Positions 12,441 to 25,536 of a DNA stretch of 54,050 nucleotides are shown here, in pieces; position 1 is the stretch's first letter, and every line of letters starts with the position of its first letter. A program made the translations under genes and the position numbers. The stretch spans positions 5,511,657 through 5,565,706 of the forward strand of contig NC_057757.1 of assembly GCF_004010195.1 (NCBI RefSeq), written 5' to 3'. Under the pieces are notes generated by a model, which saw only the letters and a program-made list of their open reading frames with translations, ran no database searches and was not told where the DNA came from. Source of the DNA: Chiloscyllium plagiosum (lineage: Eukaryota).

Positions 12441-12666
12441 GGAGAAAGTGAGGACCCGCAGATGCTGGAGATCAGAGTTGAGTGTATGGTGCTTGAAAAG
12501 CACAGCAGGTCAGGCAGCATCTGAGGAGCAGGAGAATCAACGTTTCTGGCAAGAGCCCTTCCTCAGAAATATCAGTAATCCTGATGAAGGGTTCTTGCCT
12601 GAGACGTCGATTCTCCTGCTCCTCGGATGCTGCCTGACCTGCTGTGCTTTTCCAGCACCACACTCT
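12441..12666. mobile_element. Palindromic Penelope-derived element
   Basis: Arms about 12481-12567 and 12580-12666 are reverse complements; hammerhead-like cores on both strands. Confidence 0.8.
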
Positions 12667-13029
12667 TGCTCCAGTATGTGTCCTGTTTTGCTAGTTCCTC
12701 TCCTGTGATACTAATAGTTTGGGCTATTGTAAATATAGGGCAGGTCAAGTGAGAACTTCCGTGAGCCCCCTGTTGGGTTTTGTATGATTTTTGTAGATAA
12801 TTTGTCTGCTCCATTTACAAAAAGCAAATCCCAAATTTAACTGGCTTTGACTCCTGAATTCTGGGTAACCTGCCCATTGTCATATACCGCTCTGTACCTA
12901 TACTTCAGGGGCTGGGACTGTCACTGCTGAGTCAGATTGTTATGTTTGTGAGTCCCGTCCTTGATTAATGCTCCATCCCAAATGTGTGACCTCTGACCCA
13001 ACTGGAAGGATGGAGGCAGCAGATACAAG

Positions 13030-13332
13030 GTCTCAGTGGTTAGCACTGCTGCCTCACAGCGCCAGGAACCGGGGTTCGATTCCAGCCTTGGTCAACTGTA
13101 TGTGCGGAGTTCTTCCTGCGTCTGCATGGGTTTCCTCCGGTTTCCCCTCTCAGACCAAAGATGTGCAGGTTCGGTGGAACCATAAATTGCCCCATAGTGT
13201 CCAGGAGTATGCAAGCTCCATGGACTAACCCTGGGCAGTGTAAGGTAGGGGGTGAGTCTGGGTGTGATGCTCTTTGCAGGGTCGTTGTGGACTCGATGGG
13301 CTGAATAGCCTGCTTCAGCACTGCCGGGACTC
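13030..13332 (+). mobile_element. HE1-type SINE
   Basis: ctcagtggttagcactgctgcctcacagcgccagg head and conserved core. Confidence 0.85.
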
Positions 13333-13734
13333 TCTACCTAGGAAAACCACCCTCCATGTTCCTCTCCAAGCCATTCAGACTTCAAACCAAATCAGCTGTT
13401 TTTTCACTGTCGCTTCGATCAAGATCCAGGAGCTCCCTAACAGCTCTGTGGGTGTTCCTACCTGTTAGATACACCCACAGTCCATGTCTCCTATCACCTA
13501 CATCTTAGTGCTAGTACTGAGGGAGCACCACACTGACGGAGATGGTAATGTTTCATGAAGCTTTAAGCAGACGTTTTATTTGTTCATGACATGTGAGCGG
13601 TGCTGGTTAGACCAGCATTGATTGCTCATTCCTAATAGCCTAGGAGGCACTTAAGAGAGAATCACATTATACATTCGACTTGGCAAGGATGGCAAATTTG
13701 AGATTGTGGTCAGCATGGACTGGTTGGACTGAAG

Positions 13735-13963
13735 GAGGAAGTGAGGACTGCAGATGTTTGAGATCAGAGTCGAGAGTGTGGTGCTGGGAAAGCACAGCAG
13801 GTCAGGCAGCATCCGAGGAGCAGGAAAATCAACATTTCGGGCAGGAGCCCTTCAACGTGAATGAGGCCCTCATTCCTGCTGAAGGGCTCTTGCCTGAAAC
13901 GTCATTTCTCCTGCTCCTCGGATGCTGCCTGATGTACTGTGCTTTTCCAGCATCCCACTCTCG
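13735..13963. mobile_element. Palindromic Penelope-derived element
   Basis: Inverted arms around a central atgaggccctcat; mutated core ctgctgaagggctcttgcctgaaacgtc. Confidence 0.8.
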
Positions 13964-14832
13964 ATGATGGTATAGGAGCCCAAATCCCAAGAATATTAGC
14001 CTGGGGTTCTCAATTGCTCATTCAACGTCATTAGCACAATGCCCCATCGCCCCATTTGCCATCTTGGGTGGGTATGAATGATCCAGGAACATTTTTTCAA
14101 AGAAAGGCAAAGGAGTTCTCTCCAGTATCCACAATCCTTCACAAAGAAGGATTACCCAAAAGCCTGCTATGTGCAAACGGGTGGTTGTATTTCAGAATTG
14201 TTAAAGCACGGAGGTACTTTGGAAAGTGCCAAGGTTGTGAAAGATGCTCTGCAGATGCAAGAGCAAATTACTGCAGATGCTGGTATCTGGACTGAAAACA
14301 AAACATGCTGGAGATCACAGCGGGTCAGGCAGCATCCCTGGAGATAATGCAAGCTAATGTTTCGAGTCTCTCCTGAGGGGATCCTAACCCATATTCCTTT
14401 GCCCCTGAGCCTGGGGACCATGTTGATTTTTGAGTTGTGGCTGCTGAAGATGCGGAGTTCAACATGCTGAAAGAAACTGCTGAATCTTGCAGACGCTCTC
14501 CATACACAGGTTATTGAAAGGACTGTTCTCGTCACTGTGATGTCTCTTATGAGAGTCTGCAGCATGGATATCCTAGCCTCCACCCACTGGGTCTGAAGAG
14601 GTTGCAGTGTGAGAGAGGGTAAAGATTAGCAATGAGAATTTTAAAGTTTTTAGCGGAACTGGAAGCTAATGTAAGTCAGCGAGCACAATGGAGAGTGTGA
14701 AGGTGGGCCAATGTGATTCAGCGCGATTTAGGATGGGGTAGCAGAAAGTTTTGGATAACCTGATGTTTATGGAGCAAGATGCTGAGGATTTGGTGACGTA
14801 GTGGTAATGTCACTAGGCTAGTTAGCTCTACA

Positions 14833-14959
14833 GGAGAAAGTGAGGACTGCAGATGCTGGAGATTCGAGCTGAAAAATGTGTTGCTGGAAAAGCGCAGCAG
14901 GTCAGGCAGCATCCAAGGAGCAGGAGAATCGACGTTTCGGGCATAAGCCCTTCTTCAGG
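14833..14959 (-). mobile_element. Single-arm Penelope-derived element with intact hammerhead core
   Basis: Minus strand reads ctgaagaagggcttatgcccgaaacgtc (14931-14958); inserted in a tRNA-SINE head. Confidence 0.8.
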
Positions 14960-16504
14960 CAGGCTAATGTTCTGGGAATCAGAGTTCAAATCCCACCACT
15001 GTAAAATTTGAATCTAAACAAAGCTGAGGAGATCTGCTAAAGCAGTTTGTGTCAAGTTGCAATCCTCGTTGTAATGCACTCCCTCTGCCCTCGATCTGTA
15101 CTATTGAGCTGAACCTTGAACTGACCCGAGTTAATGAGGCTTGGGGATTTCATAGTTATTTAAAACTTATTTCTGGGAACAATTTGCGGGTTTAATGTTT
15201 AGTCATTGTTTTTAATTAAAAACAGATTTGAGATTGAGTCCAGCTAAAACTAAGCCTGGTGTTCTTTGAGTGAAATTAGTACAAATGACATTTGTTATCT
15301 TTGGAGTTGGCGTGATTTTCCTGTGACAGCTGGTTAAGATTGGGTGCTATGTTCTCCCCTCCTGGTCCACACTTCCATGCTTTTCAGTTGTGATTGGACA
15401 CTTGAATGAAATGTTGACTGCTGTTTGACAAAAGAAGGCCTCACAATGGAGTGTGAAACTGCTCTCGTTGAAGCTCCGTACTTAAGGGAAGTTCAAGAGG
15501 GAATTACCTGATGATTTAAGTACAAATCTCTGGTTATGGGGGAAAGGCAGGAGAGTGACACAGAGTTGTAATGTTGATTCAGAGAGCCAAATGCAGACAA
15601 GGCTGGACTGAACGGCCTCTATCTGCTTCGTAACAGTTCTGTAATTCTCTGAATTTCCAAGAAACATCACTGGAAGAAAGAGATCTCTGGGGTACCCTTG
15701 AGGGTTGCAAGACGTTTCAAAATGCTTTTCTAACCATTGGAGCATAGTATTAAGAGCAGAATTAGATCAGTTGGCCCTTCATGCCAGCAACACCATACAT
15801 TAAGATCATGGAAGAGCTGGTTGTGGTCTCAGCTCTACATTTGTAGCTGCCCCCTATACCACATAACGCCTAAAAATCTATCAGTCTCAACTTTGAATAA
15901 CCTCAAGCGCGGTGAAGAGAATTCCACACTCGATTGACCCTCTGAGAGAAAATAAACTCTCGCCTCTTTCTTCAAAAGGTTTTTTTATTCTTAAACTGCG
16001 TCCCCTAGTTTTAAAGTTGCTCACCTCCACATTATCTACCCCCCCCCGCCTCAGATCTTGCATGTTGCAACCAATAAAATACTGACTGAAACGAACTGTT
16101 GTAGCAGAGGAAACACAGCAGTCAATTTGCACACTGCAGCCTCCCACAAAAAGCAGCGTGCCATTCGCAAGTTGATTTATTTCAGTGATTATTGTTGAGG
16201 GATAAGAATTAGCCAGGTTCGTGTTCTCTGAAAGACTGCCCACTGGGTCTTGTCTGCCACCAGACTGGACCCAGATTCAGTGTCTATTCTGAAAAGAAGC
16301 CCCAGTAATGCAGCAGCATCTCACCCACTGCTTCAGAGTGGGTTGTTTTTGTAGTTTGTGGAGTGGGTTTCAGCCTGCAGCTTTCTGTCTTGGAAGTGAC
16401 AGTGCCGCCCACTGATCCGCAGCTGAGACTGTGTGCAACGATGAGGAATGGATGGATGTTCTGCTAGATATCTCCTCTGACTCTGGAGGCACTTGAGGTC
16501 ACCA

Positions 16505-16524
16505 TCTCACACATGCGCGCACAC

Positions 16525-16567
<43 letters not shown>

Positions 16568-16589
16568 NNNNNNNNNNCTCACACTCACA

Positions 16590-16629
<40 letters not shown>

Positions 16630-16630
16630 A
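16505..16630. repeat. (CT)n/(CA)n microsatellite containing a small gap
   Basis: Read directly. Confidence 0.95.
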
Positions 16631-18387
16631 CCCCACCCCACCCCAAATAAAAATCTTTTCTGAGATGCGCCGTCCACAACTGGGCACTGTTCCTGCAGCT
16701 GGGGACTGACTGAGCTCCTGTCAAACTGAAGCATCACTTGCATTTATGTCTAATTCTCTCAGTTGAGACAAAGGCTTCACAGGCACAGCTGGCAGCAGCT
16801 ATCCCAAGGTGAGCGTCACTGAGAGGAAATTAATATATTGCCTGCTCTACTGCTTACTTTCTTAAACAAAACAGCCTCCCCATTTCTCGCACACAAGATT
16901 CTTGGTTGATTGGGTAGCAGTGAGGAATAAGCAGTCTGGTTTAATCTCTCTATTGACATTGAGGTAGTTTGCAGTATTCCTACTGTTGACATCGGGTGAC
17001 TCCGCACAAACAACAAACTGGAGTGTTCTGATCGGCCCAGTGATCACTCGACAGGCCATCTGAGCTGCGCAGGCAGCCGGAGAAACTCATTCTCTTTAGC
17101 AGCCAAAAATACAGGCTTGCTTCTGTGATGTGTCAGAGCTTTCCTGCAGAATCTGGCTTTAAACTGACAAGTAGTATGCTTTGTTTGTGTCTCAGGGTTG
17201 GGGGGTGCGCGTGAAGAGAGTGGTTTGCCGGGGAGTGGCCAAGCAGGTTCCCACATTGCCAACGAGAAGGAGGAATCGCTCTGAGGCTGTTGTCATTGGC
17301 GGACAAGTAATAGGTGTAGACGTTTATTGGAACGTGACACCTGAGGCTGTTGGTGTGCTGCCAGTGGGCACGCTGATGGGCAGCTCACGTTTTTGCAGCG
17401 TGTGTATTTGATTCCGGGCCAAGCACTCGGCACATCTGCGGATTTTGTTCTTGTTGGAGTCGGGTGAGAGCTGAGAGGGTGTGGGTGCTGGTGGTTACAG
17501 ATGCTGGTGGCATTTTGGCTAATAGTTGGATGCTTTTTCTCTTGTAACGCGCTGACTGTTGACGCTGGCGTAGTGGAGAATGTAACTGATGTTTAATAAG
17601 GTTGAATGAGGGGCGCAGCCAATACGTGGGGGAGCAGGAAAGGTTTCCTCAGGTAGTGATGGTTTTTAAAAAAAAATTTGATTGTAGGGTTCAGCGCAGT
17701 TTCTGAATGTTTAAACAGACTGTTGCCACTGGGTCAGTAACTGAAAGGCGCAGATTTAAAGTAATTGGAGAGTTTTTTTTCATGTTTTACACTGCGAATT
17801 GTGATCCTGAACGTGGCCCCTGCAAGGGTGAAAGGTTGGTGAATGCCACTTTAATAAGACCGAAAGGGAAAAAGGATTAGGGGAAAGAAGAAAATGCGAT
17901 AGCTCGGCTAAAAAGAGCCAGCACGGTCTAGATGGGTGGACTGGCCTGTGTCTGTGCCGTGTCCTACAATTCTAAAGTTACAAAACAGATCACTGAAGGT
18001 GATATATTTATGTTACTTGATGCATTCCCTTTTCACATCAAGGTTCACTCTCGAAAACTGCCAGTTAATTTCAGCCAGATATTCTGTGCTGTGATTAAAC
18101 CCATCGTTTTAAAACAATAATCCATCTCGTTGGATTAAAGTGACACCAGGAAACCCAACACAAAATATTTCTGTCGTGAAACAGAAGCTGTAGAGGTCAG
18201 AGGCCTAAATATCCTATGTATTATTTCCTAACCTCTGGAATTTTTTTCCCCCCCCGGACTTCTCCTCTGACTCGTAGTCTCATCCCTCCAGCTACTGTTA
18301 AAACATACACCTTCCATTCGGGCTTTCTTATTTGGCTCGCTTTCAAATTATGTTTCTTAATGTTCCTGTGAGGCTGCTTGGGATTCA

Positions 18388-18726
18388 TAAAATCCCTACC
18401 GCGCAGAAGGAGGCCATTTGGCCCATCAAGTCCACACCGATCCTTTGACGAGCACTCCATCCAGACCCATTCCTCTGGCCCTATCCCAGTAAACGTAATT
18501 TCCTGTGGCTAATCTACCTAACCGTCACATCCCTGGACACTATGGGGCAAGTTAGCACGGCCAATCCATCCTAACCTATACATCTTTGGACTGTGGGAGG
18601 AAACCTGCGCAGACCACTGGGAGAATGTGCAAACTCCACGCAGGCAGTTGCCCGAGGGTGGGATCAAAGCAGGTCCCTGACGCTGTGAGGCAGCAGTGCT
18701 AACCACTGAGCCACCGTGCTGCCCCT
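18388..18726 (-). mobile_element. HE1-type SINE
   Basis: Ends gtgctaaccactgagccaccgtgctgccc (reverse complement of the head). Confidence 0.9.
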
Positions 18727-19169
18727 CCAGATGCTATTAAAACATTCAGGCTACCCCTCTGTGGCTCGGTTTCAGATTATTGTCTGTGAGGCTTCTGGTG
18801 ATGTTCTCACTGTGTTAAAAACGCTGTGATAATTGCAACACTGTTCATCTCCAAACAATGTTATCCCTGTTTCCTTCTGAGGACGCAACCAGCTTGCAGT
18901 TGTACCATCCACAGGCACCTGCAGGTTTCTGGGTAGTACCTGGCACTCGGATGAGCTTTGATCGCCTCTTTAACTTAGTTAGGCATTCCAGGTAAGTCAG
19001 TCTTTACACACACACTTTCAGCAAGGTGAATTGATAGGTGATACAATTGGAGAAATGTGGTTATGTTTTGCCAACCCCCATCCTAATCTAGTCATTTAGA
19101 AAGAGCTTGCGTTTATTTAGTGCCTGGTAGAACATTTTGTACTTTGCAGCCATTGAGATTTTCTTAAGG

Positions 19170-19790
19170 TTTTTCTTTGTTAGCGTGTTGCTGGCTGGGC
19201 CAGTATTCAATGGCCATCCCTAATTCTCATTATGAACTGGTGGTGAGCTGCATTCTTGGTCTGTGCAGTTTGTATGATGTAGGGACACTCATGGGGAAAT
19301 TTTGGTCCAGAGGCAGTGAAGAAATGGCCAGTGTAGTTCCAAGTCAGCATAGTGTGGGGCTTGGAAGGGAACATGCAGGTATTGGTGTATCTTGTTGCTG
19401 CTGCCATTGTCCCTCTAGCTGATAGCGGCTGTAGGTTTTGAAGGGGCTGTTGAAGGAGTCTTGGTGCGTTGTTGTCGTGCATCTTGTAGATGATACACAT
19501 TGCTGCTACTGAGCTTCAGTGGTGAAGGAATGAGTGGTGGATGGGGTGGCAATCAAGTGGGCTGCTTTGTCTTGGAGAGTATTGAGCTTTGTGAGTGTTG
19601 TTGGAGCTGCACTCATTCCTGACTAGTGCCTTGTAGATGGTGGACATGCTTTGGGAATGCGTCACTCACTTGTATTTCCAATGCCTGACCTGTTCCTGTA
19701 GCCACAGTATTTATACGGATGGTCAAGTTCAGTTTTTGGCCAACGTTGATAGTGGGGGATTCCTGAATGGTACTGCCATTGTTGTTCAGT
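19170..19790 (-). mobile_element. LINE (CR1/L2 group) 3' fragment; related copies at about 3185-3380, 22790-23190, 28050-28325 and 36360-36520
   Basis: CIIYKMH and SFTVAGSKSWNSL-type motifs recur across the copies. Confidence 0.65.
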
Positions 19791-22015
19791 CACTGTTACA
19801 GTGTGAAAAGTCTGGCAGCCGATTTGTATACAGCAAGCTCCCATAAACAGCAGTGTGATAAGGTGATCTGTTAATTAGTAATATTGGTTGAGGAGGGAAA
19901 TAATCCAAGAGCAAGTAATATTTTGTGGAATCTTTTCTGTCACGAGATGTGAGTGTCACTGGTAGGGCCAGCATTTGTTGCCTATTGCTAATTGCTTTAG
20001 ATCCAAGTGACTTGTTCGGCCATTTCACGTTGCTGTTGGTCTAGAGTCACACGTAGACAAGACCAGGTAGCGACAGCAGATTTCCTCCACTGAAGGGCAT
20101 TAGTGAACAGATGGTTCATGATAATCATTACTGACCATTTCCGTTCCAGATTTGTTTTTATTATGAGCCAAATTTAAATTCTACTAGATACGTTGAGGGA
20201 TTTGAATTTGCGACCACAGACTCTTTGTGTGGAACCCTGGATTACTCGTTGAGTGACATTACCGCTTTCTCACCGTCTCCTCTCACTTGTGTGCAATTGT
20301 AGTTAAAGAGATCCTTAATCTGCTGTGTCCTGAAAAAGTGCGCAATTAGATTAAGAGAGTAAATACACAGCTGTTCAGACTAGCAACAGATTTCAGGCCT
20401 GTAAACCGAAACTAATATATTGGATATTTTAATAATCTTCGATCTTTTTGTAGCTTTAATCATTTGAATTCAAGACAGGATCTATGTAAATGTACATATT
20501 TTTAAAGATTCCAAATTGATTTTTCTAAAATGAAAAGCTTTAAATCAAAATAGCTGCTCTATTAGAATAATTGATGGCCTTTGTTTGGGCAAAGCTGTCA
20601 TCTAACTGATTTATAATTTGAAAATACTCATCACTGTTCAGATATGCCTCTTCCAAGTGTCAAAAGTCCTTACTATATTAGCAGAAGCAGTGGGAAGAGA
20701 AATTGGCATATTAGGCAGTTGCTTTCTGACCAAGAGCCAGAAATTTCCATTTGAGTTCCAACAGGACTCAAATTGACTTCCACACATCCTGATTATATGC
20801 ACGTGTTCCATGTGAATGTGTAATGTATTTGTGTGTGTGTGTATAGATTCTGCGTGCTTGTGTCAATGTATCTGCAACTGCATGTGACCACGTGTGCGCA
20901 CATCTGTGTGTGTATCCATATGCATATATCCACGCACGTGTGTCCATCGTGCATCTTGCAGGTCGTTCTGTGCATGTGTGTAATCAGATGAGTCAGTTTT
21001 AATAAGCTATTGTCGAAGAGACTTTAAACAGATTTCCTGCTCCCAGTGCGTCATGATTTGACTTGCTGTTGTTCCCCAGCATTGCATTTCTTTTGGCCCC
21101 TCTTTGCACCCGTCCGTCTGATTCCCTCTGTCTCCGGTGTCCCTGATGAGCAGCTTGGTGAGGTCACAGAGAGGCGGCTATAAATGGAACGATGTCATAA
21201 TAACCTTGCTTGTCACACGTGACATCATAAGTATATGACAGAGCTAGCTTTGGGAGAAGATTTGCTTGATGAAAACTCTTGGGTGACCTACAGGATTCAT
21301 GGTTAGTACCTTCCGCTTGGCTCTCCGCATGACCATTCTTGGGGCGAATGCATTTCCACCCTCAGGCCCTGTGTCCCCGTTTCTCCCCCCACCCCCCCAC
21401 CTCGGTTGAGTGACTCCTCCTCGAGTTGGCTAGGGGCGGGGGGGGGGGGGGGGGCAGCTGGTGTGAGCACGCCGTGAGGAAGTGCCCAGTCCTGCCCCCT
21501 CAGCTGGCATTGCAGCTATCTGTACTTTGCAGCAAAGCGCAGCAGGGAGGGATGGGTATCGGGGGCTGGGGTGCTCTGGGAGGAGGAGGAGGGGGCAAGG
21601 GAGTAGTGGGAGGCAGCATTCAATCCTTCTCAGTGCACCTCATGAGACCTGATGCTGTTGTGGATCAAGTTGCCTGGAGTAAGTTACTTTTGTCAGCATT
21701 GTTCTAAACGGGCGTAATGGAAAGGCTGGAAATTTGTTCTCCGTGTAGACTGGGGATGCCAAAGGGATAACCAGAACTCTGAAGAGTCAGGAAGAGCTTT
21801 TAGATTTTTGTTAGGCAGCAAAGATACGCAGAAAGAGTTAAGATCCAGGTCAACCATGACCTGAGTGACTGACCTCTTTCTGTTCCCATGAGTTGATTCA
21901 GCTTGCTATCACCAGGAGTGGCTGCGGGAAGCCAGATAAACACGTGAGTGTGAAAGGAAATAGGGGGTTATGCTAAGTTGAAGTAGGCAGCTCTAGCCAA
22001 TCATGAGTCAATCAT

Positions 22016-22325
22016 TAGATTAGATTCCCCACAGTGTGGAAGCAGGCCCTTCAGCCCAACAAGTCCACACTGACCCTCCAAAAAGTAACCCACCCTGACC
22101 CATTCCCCCACCCTATATTTACCCCTGACTAATGCACCTAACTCTATGGGCAATTTAGCCTGGCCAATTCACCTGACCTGCACATCTTTGGACTGTGGGA
22201 GGAAACCCACACAGACACGGGGAGAATGTGTAAACTCCACACAGGCAGTCACCCAAGGCAGGAATCGAACTCTGGTCCCTGGCATTGTGAGGCAACAGTG
22301 CTAACCACTGGGCCACCGTGCCCCC
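22016..22325 (-). mobile_element. HE1-type SINE
   Basis: attagattagattccc tail; reverse-complement head at 22300-22325. Confidence 0.9.
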
Positions 22326-23278
22326 ATAAGTCAGATTTGTTGTAAAATTTGATGTAATTATTGGGAGTAATAGGTTATAGGGTAGGAAGGGATTGGGTGA
22401 CCTACTTTTGTTCCAGTGTACCTGCTCCGTCTGGATCTCAGCCAGATCATAGTTGACCTGAGCAACGTTGCCAGGCTATCGGTCTTCTGCGAGAGCTACA
22501 ACAGAATGGTGCCAAAGACGGAGGCAAACAGATGATCGCTTGAGAGGAAAATCTTACCATCCTTTCTCGAAGCTCCACCAGCTACACACTGCCTCAGAAC
22601 CTCCTCTTGTATCATGTGGAAGGTGTGGGGTGTATTTCAGTCCTCTTCGGGACTGTCTGTACAGTACATTGTTAGTACAGGAAAGCCACAATACAAATAT
22701 GAGTTGTTACAGATTAGTACAGTTCTGAAAGTTCTGTGATTTTTCACCCACTTGCTGTGTTAATGTCTATTTTATACACACCATACATTACCTCATCCAC
22801 CACCTTCAGCATTTATTCACTTCCTCCACCACCAACCCACAGTGCAGGAGTAAAAATACCATCCATAAGATGCACTGCAGGAATCATCAAGGCTTCTCCG
22901 ACAGCAAATTCCAAAATTGTGACTCCTGTCACCGAGCAGGATAAGTGCAGCAGATACATGAGAACACCATCCCCTCCAAGTTCCCGTCCAAGACACTCCT
23001 CATCCTGACTTGGAAATATATCGACTGTTCCTTCACTGTCGCTGGGTCAAAATCCTGGAATTCCCTTCTGAATAGCACTGTGGGTGTCTTTCCACCACAC
23101 GGTCTGCAGGAACGCCAGATCACCACTCTCTTTGCAAGAGCTATTAAACATGAGAAGCAATGGCTGAGCTTTCCAGCAGTTTTTATGTCCTGAGGAAGTG
23201 AAGTAAAACACAGCTGTGTTTTGAGCGAGGCAAGTAAGAGTTTGAGACTAAACGCAACTCCTTTCTGTTTCTTTTCAG

Positions 23279-23360
23279 GACCAAAGACATAAAGTCACAC
23301 TGAAGCGACACCGGTAGCCTTCTTCAGGACGGACTTATCTGGCTTTAGACCATTTTGCAG
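23279..23360 (+). other. HDLBP: Probable non-coding 5'UTR exon of the vigilin gene
   Basis: Strong pyrimidine tract and acceptor (ctttctgtttcttttcag|), strong donor (cag|gtgagt), unique sequence 1.6 kb upstream of the ATG exon. Confidence 0.7.
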
Positions 23361-23660
23361 GTGAGTTGAGATGATGCTATGGATGTGAGGGCAAATTAAA
23401 GCCACATTGGTGTGACATCAGAACTGAGAGATTATACTTTAGACCAGAGTTTGTTTCTCTGGACATAATTCTTTAGAGTGATGGATTTTTAATACGGTGG
23501 AGGTCGAAAAGGTGTCCCTACTTGTTTGGGGGTGACAGAACAAGACTCATAAGGTAGTAATTAATTCTAGACTTTTGCATAAACTTGTTCTCAGCGGTCT
23601 CTGGGTGAAGGTATAACTATCTCCCACATCCAGAGGTTGAGGCGAATCATGTAGATCTCA

Positions 23661-24275
23661 TTAATGCAATATTGTGGCTTTAAGAAATTATTTTGTCCTT
23701 TTGTTTTAATTTTGAAGAGAAGTGTTAAGGCGTGTTAAGGTGCGCAACCTACCAGAGCCTGTAGAATAAACAGCTTGAGGCCTTGGCGTTTTTCTTTTAA
23801 GTTGGAACAATAAAAGCAGCCTGACTGGGTGTGGTCAAACTCCCACAGAATCAGGATTTCTAGTTTAGCTTTCAGCAGTTGCCATTGGGATCTGGAAGAA
23901 GTGAAAGTTATCTCCTTCCCCCCCGTTACAGCCAAAAGCTGGGGGTTCTCTGTCTGCTACAGAAGTTGGATGTGAGATCGCCTGTCTTCTGAAGGGTGTG
24001 TTTATGGGGTGCTACTATATTGGAACAGTTACTGTTTAGTAGTAAAATAATCTATTATTCTGTTAAATTTTCCAGTAGAGTTAAGTTCCCCTTTCTTTTG
24101 TTGTATTTCAACTGTGGTGTTTGAACAAATTGTTTTGTGTTTAATGTCAAGTAGTTTTGACTGTTTGAATTGTATCTGGAGCACAGCACCTCACATTTAC
24201 CTTTAAAATAAGAAAATGTTAGGTGTAGGCTATCTTCTTAATATATTTTGAGGGATTCTGGTCTGGTCCATAGCA
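23661..24275. mobile_element. Solo LTR-like element, same family as 46955-47590
   Basis: Shares blocks aagcagcctgactgggtg, gaattgtatctgga and ggtctgg(t/g)ccata(g/a)ca end with the second copy. Confidence 0.65.
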
Positions 24276-25007
24276 TATGTGAATGTAAATGTGTTGGAGG
24301 TGGTTTAGAGGAAGTTTACAAGTTTGGGGCCTGGAATGAACAGGTGGTCCTCTGAGGAACAGTCGGATAGAATTGGTTTGTTGTCATTGTAGAAGAGTGA
24401 GGGGTGATTTAATTCTGTTATATAGCAACCTGAATGGCCTTGGCAAAGTGGACATGGACTCATGTGGGTAGGGGACACAGTTGTAAAATTAAGGGTCACT
24501 GATTTAGGATAGAGGTTTTTTTCTTTCTGAAGGCGTGGAAGCATTGAATGTAGAGGTAGATAGATTCTCGTTGGGTGGTTCAAAGCCGGTAGGAGTGTGG
24601 AAACATGAACAGATCATCCATAATCATACTGAATGGTGGAGCAGACTTGAGGGGCTGAATGGCCTATTACTGCTCCTAATTGTTGTGTTTACATGAGGCA
24701 GAAAGAAACAGATGTTTGTATCAATTGGGTGTGAAAGGAGGTGGGTGAGAGCTGATGTGGAGAGGAAATGCAGGCGTCGATGTGTTGGGCTGAATGGCCT
24801 CCTTCAATCCTGTAACTCCTATCCAGTTTGTGAAAGTCCTGCTCTGTTGATGGCACCGCATGCACGGGGTTGTTGCGTGGTGATGCCAGTGCCCTTGCCC
24901 GAAGCTGGAATCTTGGTGAGCCATAACTGATGCCCAACCCCTTCTCCTCCATCTTTTATTGCTGTTTCAGTGGAATATCGGAATCTGTCTAATCTGGGTT
25001 TGGAACC

Positions 25008-25083
25008 ATGAGCTCGGTTGCTGTGCTTACACCGGAGAGCTTTGCTGAGCATCGCAGTGGCTTAGGAGACCAGGAGACCAGAG
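25008..25083 (+). CDS. HDLBP: Vigilin first coding exon (exon starts about 24971), MSSVAVLTPESFAEHRSGLGDQETR, phase-1 donor
   Basis: Matches the vigilin N-terminus MSSVAVLTxESFAEHRSGL; Kozak-like aaccATG; acceptor tttcag ending 24970; donor G|gtgggt. Confidence 0.95.
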
Positions 25084-25340
25084 GTGGGTGTTGTCTTACA
25101 GCGGACGACCATCTTCAGCAATACCATGAGAAAAGCAATGCCCAGGATAAATGCTTGCCTTCCTTTCTGGAAGGGAAATCTGCTGTCCTTACCTGGCCTG
25201 CCCCATGTGGGACTGTAGACTTGGAACTACTATCTGAAATGGCTTAGCGAGCCTCTCCGTTCAGGGTCAGTGAGGGATGGGAGGTCAGTGCTACCCTTGC
25301 TCAGCAAAGTCACACGCTGTGAAAGACTAAAGCTTCTTTG

Positions 25341-25536
25341 CTTAAAAATGTGTTGCTGGAAAAGCGCAGCAGGTCAGGCAGCATCCAAGGAGAAGGAGAA
25401 TCGGCGTTTCGGAAGAAGGGCTTATGCCCGAAACGTCGATTCTCCTTCTCCTTGGATACTGCCTGACCTGCTGCGCTTTTCCAGCAACACATTTTTAAGC
25501 TCTGATCTCCAGCATCTGCAGTCCTCACTTTCTCCT
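25341..25536. mobile_element. Palindromic Penelope-derived element with 13-bp target-site duplication
   Basis: Near-perfect inverted arms; taaagcttctttg at 25328-25340 and 25537-25549. Confidence 0.85.

Noticed and set aside
21143..21280. C/D-box snoRNA or hammerhead starting at ctgatgag
   Set aside because: No terminal stem with a D box, and no stem II followed by GAAA.
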